A stretch of DNA of 64,000 nt from Glycera tridactyla. Taxonomy: Eukaryota. Under the pieces are notes generated by a model. That model searched no databases. It was given only the letters and a program-made list of their open reading frames with translations, and was not told the origin of the DNA. The DNA lies in NCBI GenBank assembly GCA_965644265.1, contig OZ286467.1, positions 15,252,001 through 15,316,000 on the forward strand. Direction: 5' to 3'. Every line of letters begins with the position of its first letter. Within the stretch, counting starts at the first letter, position 1. Position numbers and translations under genes: made by a program. This document shows positions 1-12,166 of this stretch, piece by piece.

Positions 1-396
1 GTGTGTTCACCTTTCTAGTTCATTCCCCGTGAACTTAGCTCTCTCGGATACAGCTGATGATATTTTAATGCCTTGTTCATTGATTGATTAACTTAGTTGG
101 CTCAGTGCCTACTCCGTTGATAATGGCTTAAGTGCATTGAGATTTCTTTTCAACGGTGATACTTGCTGATTGTCTTTTGACAATCTCTTCAACTGAATGT
201 TGAAATATTTCTAGTAACTTGATCAATGGTAACTTGTAAGTTAAATTCTTATGCTATTTAGTTAGTGGGGAATAGAGTGGGATCCTGCCTTCCCACTATA
301 ATAGATCTGGCAACTGCAAGTAACTAAGTGCACGCAACAAACATAAATAGAAACTTAGAGTTGTTTAAAGATACTTTTTTGAATTAAAACTTTTCT

Positions 397-1200
397 TTAT
401 GATACTTGGACAAGTTGGTAGGAGACTTTTTTTATCTTCTTGCAGCGACCAACGTGTCTGAGATGTCGTAACTGAAGAGGTGCGTACTCTTCAGGCCACT
501 CCATTCCCATGTCGCCTTCCGGGCTTATGGAATTCCACTGATATGGGTTGATATGCCTATCCATCGTCTTCGTCATCTTTAGTGTGTTAAACGCACTATA
601 CACATGTGAGATGTGTAGAACATAATCTCTTCATACGGTGAGATGCGGTCAGCTATCTTTATGAGATAAGATACGTCTCTCGAGAGGAATGATACCTCCT
701 CTCTACTTCTACTTCCATCTACGATACACGTTCTAGTATCAGCTACCATCATTTTCTAGCTGATAATGGATATATAACCAAGGTTCGTCTTCACACGTGC
801 AACTAGGTGGCCACCACTATATTAACTTTTAAAGTCGATCTTTCATCGTGGGTCTTTAACCCAAACTTTTAAAGTCATATATCTGAAGTGCACTAACTAT
901 CTAGACACAGTGTCTTTGACTTTGTTTATATTTCCAGCTAGCTACAGTGGCCACTTCTCAAGCGCCCAAGTCAACGATGGAACAAGAAAGAAGATAATAC
1001 TATAGTAAGGTTTGAGCTCAAACTTGTGACTATTTGAGTGTGTACTTGTATTACTCAATGAGGTACCTCACTTTGTCATTCAGCCATGAAAACCTGTGTA
1101 CGTGTATGTCGTGAGTTGAATAATTCTGATATATCACTGGTATTTATGTACCACGAGTTCATCCATACTTGTCATGTGTGTATATGATTTCGATCTGAAT
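397..1200 (-). pseudogene. Possible heavily decayed SGNH-hydrolase ORF of the same family as 37829..38764
   Basis: Minus-strand fragments GYISIIS*K and MTKTMDRHINPYQWNSI resemble VVHISIIPRK and MHTEKLQRNIPKREWKKV of the intact ORF at 37829..38764, in the same order. Many stops and frameshifts; catalytic blocks are not clearly recognisable. Confidence 0.3.
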
Positions 1201-1529
1201 ATTTGACATGAACTTACTTATTGAATTATGAGTGTATTTGACTTTTTGTCTAATTGATACTGTGATAATCAATATTGTTTCATTCAATTTATGATCTATC
1301 ATTTACAATCTACTATGTGAACTATATACAAATTAAAATATGTATCTACAACTCTATTTATGTGTCATCTTATACTTTTGAACCAACACTTGAGTTCCCT
1401 GTGTGAGAGATGAGATGACTTTATAGATTTATGGTTTCATTAGAGCTTGGCAAACAATGGGATTCAACATGTAATACTGATCGCGCTTATAACATCTTTT
1501 AGTACAACGTATATATTTTTGTGAGCATC

Positions 1530-3224
1530 GATCCACAGGAGCAATGCCATTTATTTTGACATTGGGATAAATGGGGTAAAAGCCCGGTTAACCTGAAACA
1601 TTGCTTCCTGCTGTTCTTGATAATGGTAATTTAATCAGATATAAACTTCTTGCCAAGGTTGCATCTTAAGGTAGAGGAGGGAATACTCCTACAAGCCTGT
1701 CGGATGACTGGTTCAATTCCATTGTCATATTGGAAGGATTACATACTGATAAATGGCTATTTTATATATTTTCTCCACGAAGTGCAGTATTGCTTCACAA
1801 AGTGTCAAATCCTCAGAAACCTCTTCCTATATGATGGCTTTGTTCATCTTATCGAGAGATCCTCTATTTCTATAGTGTTTACAACAACTGATGCAAAATG
1901 ATATTGACTGACGGGTTTGCTGAATTTCAGGGAAGGTGATAGATGGAGGAACCAATGTATATCGCTGGCTTCTTTGAAGGCTATGATAACATTTTACATG
2001 CCTATGAGTTCTCACAATACAGTTGGATTTAAGTGCCAAAACAAAGCTGATTGTCTTTTGACACCTAGGCAGGTCCTGCTGGATGTGTTTGTGTGGAACA
2101 AGTAACGCCCCCTCCCTCTTCCCAAATAACTATAGACATTTTAATCAGAAGAAAGAGAGATTGCTCCTCACACTCGTAAGCCACACAATGGATAAAGCAG
2201 ATCTTTCACTCTAGCAGAACATAGCCTTCATGGAAAACATTTCTTTGCCTCTGAGGATAAGTATTGACATCTTGGTCAGTGAATGAGTTTTGGTCTGGGA
2301 AACATCTTCATCATTGTTAAGTGATTACATCTGAGGCTTGCTACGGTGCTCAAGATTATACATGTTCAAATATTTCATGCATCACAGGGTTTCATTCCAA
2401 AAGAGCTTTTGATAAACTACCACAGTGCAGAAATATAGAAGTGTTCTGCCATCTGAGCTATTAGCAAATCTTCTCAGCAAATATGACATGTTTTGTGAGG
2501 CTATACATGGAGGTAGAACGGCCCAGTTTGGGTTCCACTAGAGAGAAGATAAACTCGACTATCTCTTATTTGAAAGTGCATGCAGGAAAGGTGATGTAGA
2601 TATGATCATTTTTGCTCAGAAATAAATGATATCACTTTTTTTTGCCACACACAGAACCTATCAAATGGACAGGGAAACACTTCTTTTGTCTAGCTGTTGA
2701 TTCATCTTGAAGCAAACCATAGATAAACAAAGATGCTGCTTTGAGGCATGGTGTGCATTGCAGGATTCTTGTCAGTCATCTAATGGCCATGGCTATAGTA
2801 TGGTAAGATGAGGGAGGCCAAGAACTCAAACCCTACTGAATCAAGAGAGATTACAATGATTTCACAAATGTGATCCGAAGATTTAAAGAATCCCTGTATC
2901 CTCTCAATGATGGGTAAATAATCACAATCTCTACTTTGTGGCCAGTGCAAAACCAAGCTCAGATGAAGTAGCCAATGTCCTGCTTGTTGTCAGTGATATT
3001 GGTACACTCTGATCAATCCTGGAATTCAAGGACAATTCTAAGTGTTTTGGGCAGCCAATCCAATGCAAGAACTTTGTACAGGATGCCCAAAAGATTCAAT
3101 TATGACTGGAAGACATGAAAGTGCCAATTGTCTGTTGTGCCAGAGACATGTTTGGGTGGTTAGTTGATCTTGCTGCCCCACAGCATATGGACTTGAGCAG
3201 TATCTTGACTTATCCTCTTATCAG
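1530..3224 (+). pseudogene. Decayed giant transposase-like gene, 5' part (unclassified DNA-transposon-like family)
   Basis: Frameshifted fragments appear in the expected order: PLPI, GYDNI...SHNTVGFKCQN, REIAPHTRKP, PSWKTF, GGRTAQF...YLLFESACRKGDVDMIIFAQK*MISLFFA, LKQTI/NKDAALRHG, RDMFGWLVDLAAPQHMDLSSILTYPL. They match motifs I recognise from large uncharacterised invertebrate proteins that end in PIN and CXC domains. Confidence 0.65.
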
Positions 3225-6126
3225 GATATCATACTTGAGAATTCTAATGAAATTTCAAAAATAAAAGGCATAAAAATTGGGGCGTTAAATATCTTTGGGG
3301 CCCGCAATAAACAGGATGACATAAAAACCATATCAGATCGAAGTGAACTTGGCATACTCATACTATCGGAAAGCTGGCTCACCTCAAAAATTATCGACGA
3401 TGAACTATACCAGCAAGGGTATCACCTTTTTATACAAGACCGGAAAAACAAATCCAAAGGTGGAGGCATCCTGATATATGTCAAGAATAAAATTCAAATC
3501 AATACCATTGACGATATTATTAAAAATGATAATGATGGCGAAAGGATATGGCTGCGACTCAAACTCCCAAGTACCAGGGACACGCTCATATGTGGATGCT
3601 ATAGACCACCTAGTGGAAATGTAACCAAATTTATCACTCATCTATCAAATGGTTTGGACAAAACAATCGCTGACAAAAATGAAGACATCCTAATTGCAGG
3701 AGATACCAACATTGACCTAAAAACTAAGAATAAACACAATAGCAAACTAAGAAATTTTCTGAACGACAACCAACTATCACAATTAATAACATCACCAACT
3801 AGGTACTGTAAGACCACAGATTCTATCATCGACAATATCTATACAAACTGGCCTGAACAATATTACACCAGTGGAATGCTTGATACGAATATTAGTGATC
3901 ACTGTTTGATTTTTACCAGTCGGAAAAGGAAGCCGTTGACCCGTGAAAAAAAGACAATTGAAATAAGAGACTATCGCCACTTTGATGAAAATACTTTCAA
4001 TATTGACATAAGGGAGACTAACTGGACCGAAGTTACCAGTAACAGTAATATTCAACAAGCTGTTTCGAAATTCAATGAAATCTTCAATAGAATACTTATA
4101 AAACACTTGCCTATAAGACGTATTAGGGTACGCATTAACAATGCTCCATGGGTAAATGGTCACTACCATAGCATGGTGGATCGTCGTGAGTTTTGGGCTA
4201 GAAATTACGCAAAAAACAAAACAACTGAAAACCTGGAAATGAAAAGAGAAACGGCCAGAGAGTGCTTACAACTTAGGAACAGACTGAAAAGTGAATATAT
4301 TGAAACCAAACTTAACAAGCATAAAGATAACCCCAAAAAGCTTTGGGCAACTTTAAAATCCTTCTGGCCCCAGAACAAAAAGAAATCTACAGTAATTGAA
4401 GACATAAATGGAGTCAAAGACAAAAAGGTAATCTGTAATCTACTGAATCAACATTTCTGCAGTGTGGCAGACAACCTCTTAAGTCAATCAAACCTCAATT
4501 CTCAGAGTCAACCCGACATAAATATACCTCATAGACCCCCAACTTTCGAATTTGCGAAAATAAAAATAGGAGATGTGATCAACGCAATCAGTAGCTTATC
4601 CTCAAGCAAATCATGTGGTGAGGATGGCATCACCTCGGCGATTTTGAAGACGTGCAAAACTGTGATATCACCGATATTACAATATATCTTCGACCTAAGC
4701 ATCAAGAAAGAAATATTTCCAGATGCATGGAAGACAGCCCAGGTTACCCCTCCATACAAATCAGGTGATAAAACAAACCCAGGCAACTATAGACCGATCT
4801 CAGTTCTACCTACATTAGGGAAGATACTCGAGAGATTAGTACATTCGCAATACTATGAGCATCTAAGGAAATCCCAGTTTTTTGCTAGTGCACAGTCAGG
4901 TTTCAGGAAGAGGCATGCCACGGACACTTGTCTGATAAACTTTCTTGATGAAATATATGAATGCAATGACCTTGGAGGTGTCTGTGGCGTGCTCTTTCTG
5001 GACCTGGCTAAAGCATTCGACACAGTCAATCACAAAATTCTACTTTATGAAATTAAAGCCTCTGGCTGTAAAGAAAGCACCATAAGCTGGTTCAAATCAT
5101 ACCTGACAGGACGCAAACAGAAATGTAAAACTAACAGTGTTATCTCTGACACAGACAATATCGCTCATTGGGTCCCGCAAGGCTCCATTCTGGGCCCCCT
5201 GCTCTTTATTGTCTATATAAATGACATGCCGCTTATTCCGGACAAATCTCTGCCTTTCATTTACGCAGACGACACTGCGATAATGATTAAAGGAAATGAC
5301 ACTGAAGAGGTGACAAATAATCTTGAACATGAGATGAAACTTGTTGTCCATGCTTTAAAACTAACAAACTAAGTCTAAATTACAATAAAACCTGTCTAAT
5401 GATATTCGAGAATAAGAAAAGACATGCTTACCAAAAGAATGAAAATAAATGTGCAATCAACATCAATGGACACAGAATCGAGGAAACCGATAACTTCAAA
5501 TATTTAGGACTTCATCTGGACAGCTGACTGTCCTACTCAGGTCACATAGAAACAATATGCAATACCGTCAAGACAAAAACAAGATTTCTCTGGAATGTGA
5601 GAAACTTCATCAGCGAACATACGGCAAAAACCCTGCACAATTCACTAATTGCACCTCATTTTCAATATTGAAATACCATTCATAATGCTGCCAACAAAGG
5701 AGACAAAGACCGATTACAAATAGTCCATAATAACTCTCTTCGAGCAATACTTAAGGTAGGCAGACAATCCCACCACTATGATCCCTATAAAAAACGAGAA
5801 TTCTACCCCTTGATCATCAACGAAAAATCAGTGAAAGTATACTAATGCATGAATGTGTCCTTAGCGAATGTCCAGAATATCTGTCTAGAAAGCTGAATAT
5901 ACATCGACCGAATGATGGGACACGAGAAAGAACAAGAAACAGTAACACAATTCATATCAAGTTGACGAGACACCGGCTTTATCGCACTGATCGCACAGTA
6001 TTGCACAATGCAGGGAAGACATGGAACTCTCTACCGCCCAACTTCAGAAAAATTCAAAAACTAGATGACTTCAAATCAAAAATCAAAGAATTTTATAGAC
6101 AGAATTACTTTGGCAATACATATTAG
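3225..6126 (+). pseudogene. LINE ORF2: apurinic endonuclease + reverse transcriptase
   Basis: Frame is open 3225-5372 with LNIFG, LSESWL, CGCYRPP, AGDTNID, SDH (APE) and YRPIS, QSGFR, FLDLAKAFDTVNH, PQGSILGPLLF, YADDT (RT). After a frameshift near 5350 it continues KYLGLHLD, then after a further shift KTWNSLP to the stop at 6126. No in-frame ATG at the 5' end. Confidence 0.92.
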
Positions 6127-6189
6127 ACGGATAGCAACTATAGACAATGCACTTTAACAAGACTACTATGACAACCATACTATTGTATC

Positions 6190-6191
6190 TA

Positions 6192-6236
<45 letters not shown>
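6190..6236. repeat. (TA)n microsatellite in LINE 3' UTR
   Basis: Direct inspection. Confidence 0.95.
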
Positions 6237-6238
<2 letters not shown>

Positions 6239-6410
6239 CAACACCATACTAACCAAGCTCTGAAATTTTTAACCTAACCATGCTGTATGTATATTATTTT
6301 GCATGCTTATGTGTACTCAAGGGCTATGACATGTGCATTTGCGCACAATACCCATGTATATATTTTTGTATTATGTACTCGAGTGTAAATAAAGTTTCTC
6401 ACATCATATC

Positions 6411-7720
6411 ATCAGAGTACCACACTTCTAGCTCCATGAAGGAGACCAACAAATCAACAACCAGGAAGAAAATTGTAGCCTATCAGATCCTGTTCAATGA
6501 GTGACAGCTGATGTCTACCCAAGTGCTTTCGAAATATTCCTGTGACCTATGGTGGTGTTGCCAAAGTAGCACTTGAGAGAGTATACGATCTGGCACTGAC
6601 CAACTGTTCATATTGTATGTTCATATCCAGATGGCCCATCTGTCAAAGCACAAACACAACAATCCCATTGAGACATTCAAATGTAATACATCATCACATA
6701 CGGGATCTCTTCAGAATCGGCCTAAAGCCTTAAATCAGGCACTTTGTCCTCTTCATCCAGAATGGTCTTATGCATGTTTTCTGCCAACAAGTGATCACTG
6801 AACAACTATGCCACACTACCAATCCAGCATTGCCTGTTCCTGGGCGTGATAGAACAGTGATACAAGTACACAGGTCATTCAAGAGAACTTTCCATGGCTG
6901 GGAAGTTCTCATGAATGAGGAGAAGCAAGAATGATGTATCATGGCTCATACCATGCTAAGCGAGTTCCTGATCAGAATCTCGTATCTTGATGCAATGAGA
7001 CAGATGAGTTCCTTCTGCTTCTGTATCATGTCCACTACTTTTAAGCCATCATTCAGATTGACCATGGTCTTTGTTGTCAAAAATTAAGTGAGCAGGCTGA
7101 GTACCTTGGTGCTAATGTGTGTGAGACACTTCTTGGATTCCATGCCTTCACCGGGTGTTACTACAGAGCAGCATTTATAAAACTGGGGAAAACTGGACCT
7201 GATGATCCAATATCCCACTTTTGTTGAAGCCTTCTCACAACATGGAGAAGCAGGCATGCTCCTGTCTCAGTCTGCATAGCACTTGAGAAGTTTGTCGATA
7301 TGTGGCAGCTCTAAGTTGCTCGTAGATGGTGCAAGATCTCAACACTTTGTTGAAATTTATGATCGAAAATAGGTGACAACTTGAGCAAATCAAAGCATCA
7401 GATAAAGATGAAGATGAAGATGAAGGGAATAAACTATGAGACACACATGAAGGCCGGGGAGGCACAATTTACAGAATTCAGACCAGAAGGACATGGATGT
7501 CTGCTTGCTTGGGGCAATCTGGAAATGATCTACATTGGAACAAAACAATATCCCGATGGCATCAAGTTTGACACCAGTGACACCAAGAATAGTGATAAAT
7601 ACATGGCTTCAGAATAAGAATGTCATGTATCATCAAAAAAAAAAAAAAATCAGAAGAGTACAGTTAATGTCACCTACACTCTGCCATGGGAGGTTGAATT
7701 CATGTCATTGACGATGAAAA
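6411..7720 (+). pseudogene. Decayed giant transposase-like gene, 3' part: FEN1/XPG-like PIN nuclease and degenerate CXC
   Basis: SMKETNKS, IPVTYGGVAKVAL, PDGPSVK, QNRPKALNQAL, SHE*GEARMMYH (HEEADTR-like), NETDEFLLLLYH (DTDV-like), LLGFHAFTGCYYRAAF (H3TH GCD-like), VDGARSQHF, RPEGHGC. A Cys-containing remnant lies near 7620-7690. Confidence 0.7.
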
Positions 7721-7899
7721 CTTTCCACATATATTATTTCATTTGTATATATCAATAATTAACCTGTCGTTGGTATGGATGTAACAGTCACTGACATGAC
7801 ATTATGCAATTGCAAGTTTTTCTGGGTAGGTCGGGAAAACACATCCATCATACAGAAGGAGGTTTCTGAAGATGCAACACTTTATGGAGCAATTGTATA

Positions 7900-8885
7900 C
7901 TTCACTCTTCTGTACATCTACTGTCATGTTCCTAATCAATGTATCTCATCAAGACCTATATTTTGATACAATATATGGCCACATTGTGCCATGAAAAGGT
8001 CACATGAGGTCAATGACATCCTTTTCTCAGTATCATGCATTCATGCCAATCTCATCTGAAAATCAACATTGGGTTCTGAAATACTAATCCACTACTAGGA
8101 ACACCTGAGAATGCATGTTCTAAACACCTGAGTGATAGTCCCTTCTGAATATTACAACCAGACATCTGGTCATGGTGATTCTTTATTTTTCGATTGAGCT
8201 CTTATTAAGCCTGATCACGAAAATCACCAGTGAATACCATCTATTAGCAGCTCACACCTTCCAATCTCCATGCTCATCAACATAATTGCTCTAAATCAAT
8301 GTGCCTTGTCAGAACCTACATTCTGATACCAAATATGACCATATTGGGCCATCAGAAGGTCATATGAGATCGAAAACAGTCCCTTTCCAGTATTGCGTTA
8401 TTATGCCCGTCTTCAAATCAACAATGGGCTCTCAAATACTAATCCATCACTAGGATCACTTAAGACTGTATGCTCTAAACACCTGAGTAATAGTACTATC
8501 TGAATATAACAACCAGACATCTGTTCACTACTATTCTTCACTTTTCGGATAAACTTTATGAAGCCTGATCCAAATAAATCACGAAAAAATACTATTTATT
8601 AGCAGGCAACATCTTCCAATCTCTCTGTACATCAACTTTAGTGCTCTAAGTCAGTGTTTCTGATCAAGAGCTACATTTTGATACCAAAAATGACCATATT
8701 GGGCCATCAGAAAGTCATATGAGATCGAAAACAGTCCCTTTCCAGTATTGCGTTATTATGCCCGTCTTCAAATCAACGATGGGCTCTGAAATATTAATCC
8801 ACCACTAGGAACACTTAAGACTGCATGTTTCAAACACCTTAGTTATAGTCCTCTCTGAAAATAACAACCAGACATATGGTCATTC
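7900..8885. repeat. About 2.7 diverged tandem copies of a ~358-bp unit (candidate subterminal repeats)
   Basis: The shared core TT(T/C)TGATAC...CCA(C/T)ATTG...AATCAAC...AAT...TAATCCA...CTAGGA...AAACACCT...ACAACCAGACAT recurs at about 7961, 8321 and 8676. Confidence 0.88.
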
Positions 8886-11498
8886 CGAGTAAATGAATGA
8901 CCCCCAGCTCTTGGACTAATATGAACAAATGTGATAGACCACAACAAATATGTCTGACAAACATTCAAAACATCTGCTGGTTGCATTTTCAACCTATATC
9001 ATCATGTCTGAGAAAAGACGGTTGGAAAGAATCATCTGGCTCGAACATTTTCGAAAGATCGTATTCTTCCAGTGAATCTAATTTGAAACCTACGAGTCAA
9101 TCAAGAGTCGAATATTCGAGTCACCCTGACCTATGCCCGCTGTGCTGTGCTGTCTCAGTATGGTCCGATAAAGGGTCTCTAACTCTCATGTCACTGATCT
9201 CTTTCGTGTCACTATCCAATAGCATTTTCCCTGTCGTCCGCAATTCGCCATCCTTACTCATTCTTTCTTGCTCCGCTCAATTGCAGGTATTTCGACTTCG
9301 AACCAAACATACGTTTCTATCTTGTCCAATTCCAATGTGACTGAAAGCCATACTTTGCCTTGATCAACCTGTCTAGCATGTATCTTGGTCATTCCCCCAA
9401 ACGTCGAGGACTGTAAAGCCTGCCAGCAGATCTCCCATACATGCTGTTATAGCTGAAATCCATGCAATCATCTCAATACAAGAAACACTTAATGGGGTGG
9501 TGCGTGGTGCAGTGATAGCATCCCCACAAGTGACCCACCTAAACAGGCTCCTATTACAGCTAGTTGTTTGTTGAATCAGAATGGGAAGGGCACGGGGAGT
9601 GGTTGGCGATATGTGGCAAGAAAATTGTGTATTTCTTAGCAAGTCTTAGCTCGAAACATAGAAACAGACAGGGCGGTGCCATGAATGCCCATCTGCAAGC
9701 TGAACTCATTGGTCCATGGTCAGTGGTAGCATTATAACAAGTGACCACAAGTGAGGCATTCGTATACCCCCGCCATCAGCAAACACATACTCAAGCAAGC
9801 ACAAACGAGAAGAGTTTGAAATTCGTACACTGTGAGAGTGTTATGCCTTTATCAGGACATCGGGAAAGTCAGAACATTTCAGGCGTCTGAGTTGAAAAAT
9901 CAGTCAGTAACGACAGTCAAACCATCAAATGAACAAACAGGCATGGCTACGCTGTATAAAGCAATCTCGAGTTATGCACAAAATTCCATTGCGTTATTCC
10001 AATGTGTTGAGTCACGTCACAAACAAGTGGGAACCAATCATTATAAATGTGTAATTACATCTCGCTAGAACTTAATTGCTCATTTGCCTCAATTCAACAG
10101 CCACGTGTCTGCTTCATGCCCTGTGCAACGTATTTTCATAACAATCCTGCTTTGGTGGCGGACAACCCGCTATCCAAACATGTTCAAATCAGCTGCACGA
10201 ATTTTCCACTAGTAATGAACCCGACGTCGAACCTGAGTGCCTGACTTGATTGAATCAGATAAGATGGATCACCACGAATTTTCGATCATATTTCTCATAT
10301 CCATTCGCAAGCGAATATTGATCAGGGTGAGGGACTAGCTTGTTCATGGATGACATGAGATTGAGCATTGCGAAGTGACGCGGATTCTGATGGAAAGGGA
10401 ACTCAGACGCAGCAGTGTGCTCAGTAAATGTGCATGAACATACTGACTGTGGCGCTCTCCTATGGAGACAGGGATGATGATAGTACTCTTACGAAGGATC
10501 AAGACCAGAATTCCTAATAAATCAGAGAAACCCTCAAGTGGGTGATTCGGGGAAATCACATATATACGGACCGAGGCTGCAGTTGCAACAAAAGGGGGCA
10601 AGCCACAGGCGTTTTTTCGACTGGCGTGTTCAAGCTCAAGCCTTCCCCAGCTCTCTGCGCCTGCATCGTTTGTGTAATTCAAAATCATGGCTTTGACTAA
10701 CATTCAAATTGTAGTTCATAGAACAGCATGTTAATTTTCGAAAAGTGCCATCCAGTTATATTTGCCTAGATCGCCTGTGCCACGAACATTACTGACCCTA
10801 GCCATATAGAAGAGGTATCCAGAAATGAACAAAATTCCTATCATATAAATTTCAGGGAGCAAATACTACTCAAATAACTGACCATATACGATGGTAACAT
10901 TTGGACAGGTGAAGTATACGCATATGTAAGTTGAGGTAGCTAATGCAGTGGACCACACATGAAGTTTTGTTTTTGTTTTAACTCTTTATTTTGATTCGTC
11001 AATACAATTAAACATATATACATTCTTTTTCAGGGTGACGAAACAAGATAACACATGTAAACTACGAATCAATGATGATAGTGAGAAGATGGATTTACAT
11101 TTATGAGATGAGATGATATGAGTGAGATGAAGATGAATGATATGACCCTTGTAATGTATTTTAAATATACACGTACAATAAAAGAATATACTGTCTCTTG
11201 TTATATATTATATGGCCCCTCGATAGTTGGAAAGATATGGCATTAGGATATCATGTTGCAATTTACACATTACGCAATCTTTCATGCATTCTGTCTCTCT
11301 ATCTTGTACTCTACTTTCACACTACTTGCTGTCACTCTACTTTCATTCAGACCTCTGTTCTTGCTCTTCTGACCACTCAAACACGAATGTTGACATATTG
11401 ACACATGACCCAGTGACATATTTGTAATAGCTGCTATTGCAACTGATCATAGAAGTCATTGAAATTAATTAGACATTGAAATTAATTAGACACCCTTT

Positions 11499-11560
11499 GA
11501 CTCAGTGACTCAGTGACTCAGTGACTCAGTGACTCAGTAACTCCGTGATTCAGTGACTCC
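11499..11560. repeat. (GACTCAGT)n 8-bp minisatellite in LINE A 3' UTR
   Basis: Direct inspection; about 7 copies, the last ones degenerate. Confidence 0.9.
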
Positions 11561-11620
11561 TGGATCAACCAGTCAATCAGTTCGCTGAAATGCCAATCGA
11601 TCGACAAGTCAATCAATCAG

Positions 11621-11974
11621 TCAATCAATCAACTGTCTTGATCTATTTTCTTTTAGGTGATTTTTGAATTCGGTCGTACTCATATTTATAGATTCTGGAT
11701 AGATAGAAACATGTTGATTCCATGCTTTTGCAGCCCTGTTTATGAAACTTTTTTCACACATCTTGTATTTCAGACGTTCGACCTTAACTGTTGGTTTGTT
11801 CCTGGAACGGGTTCCATGGGCATGATCTCTTTGGTCCAATTCACATGAAGGCATCGAGGTAAATTGACCAGAAAGCATCTTTTTCATATGTATGAGATCA
11901 TGCTTATTTCTCCTCTGTTCTAGGGTCTGCATTTCAAGATCTAGGTGTAGTTTTGATGTACTATACCTTTTAGA
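11621..11974 (-). pseudogene. C-terminal ~117 aa of LINE A ORF2, separated by the DIRS insertion
   Basis: SKRYSTSKLHLDLEMQTLEQRR...KSFINRAAKAWNQ is a typical CR1 ORF2 C-terminus and continues ...LRCIDRR from 16825. Confidence 0.88.
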
Positions 11975-12166
11975 TCTATCTGTACCATTTCTCCCTCAAA
12001 TTTAGCATTCCCCAGGCTGATAAGCCTACGTGCGAACATAACAACAATAACAATTTTATTTCGAGGATGGAACCTCCCCCGACCTCTCTGATCCGCTAGA
12101 TGGATCCGCCGTTTTCCTACGGTAGAGGTCGCGCCGTACGCTTTGTTTACATTTGTATTTTTCAAC
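11973..12166 (+). repeat. DIRS left inverted terminal repeat
   Basis: Reverse complement of 16598-16780; differs only in the outermost bases. Confidence 0.93.

Larger units (their letters stand above)
3225..6410 (+). mobile_element. 5'-truncated CR1/L2-group LINE inserted in the giant transposase-like gene
   Basis: APE-RT coding region and 3' UTR with AATAAA followed by a CATCATATC tail. ATCAG is duplicated at 3220-3224 and 6411-6415; removing the element restores host codons YPLIRVP. Confidence 0.9.

Noticed and set aside
10500-10600. KWVIRGNHIY resembling a metallophosphoesterase GNH motif
   Set aside because: Single short motif without the other DxH/GDxxD/GHxH motifs; surrounding frame has stops.
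11973-11976. Link between the GATC integration core and the element's Dam-like methyltransferase
   Set aside because: One site only; the specificity of DIRS methyltransferase domains is unknown, so coincidence cannot be excluded.
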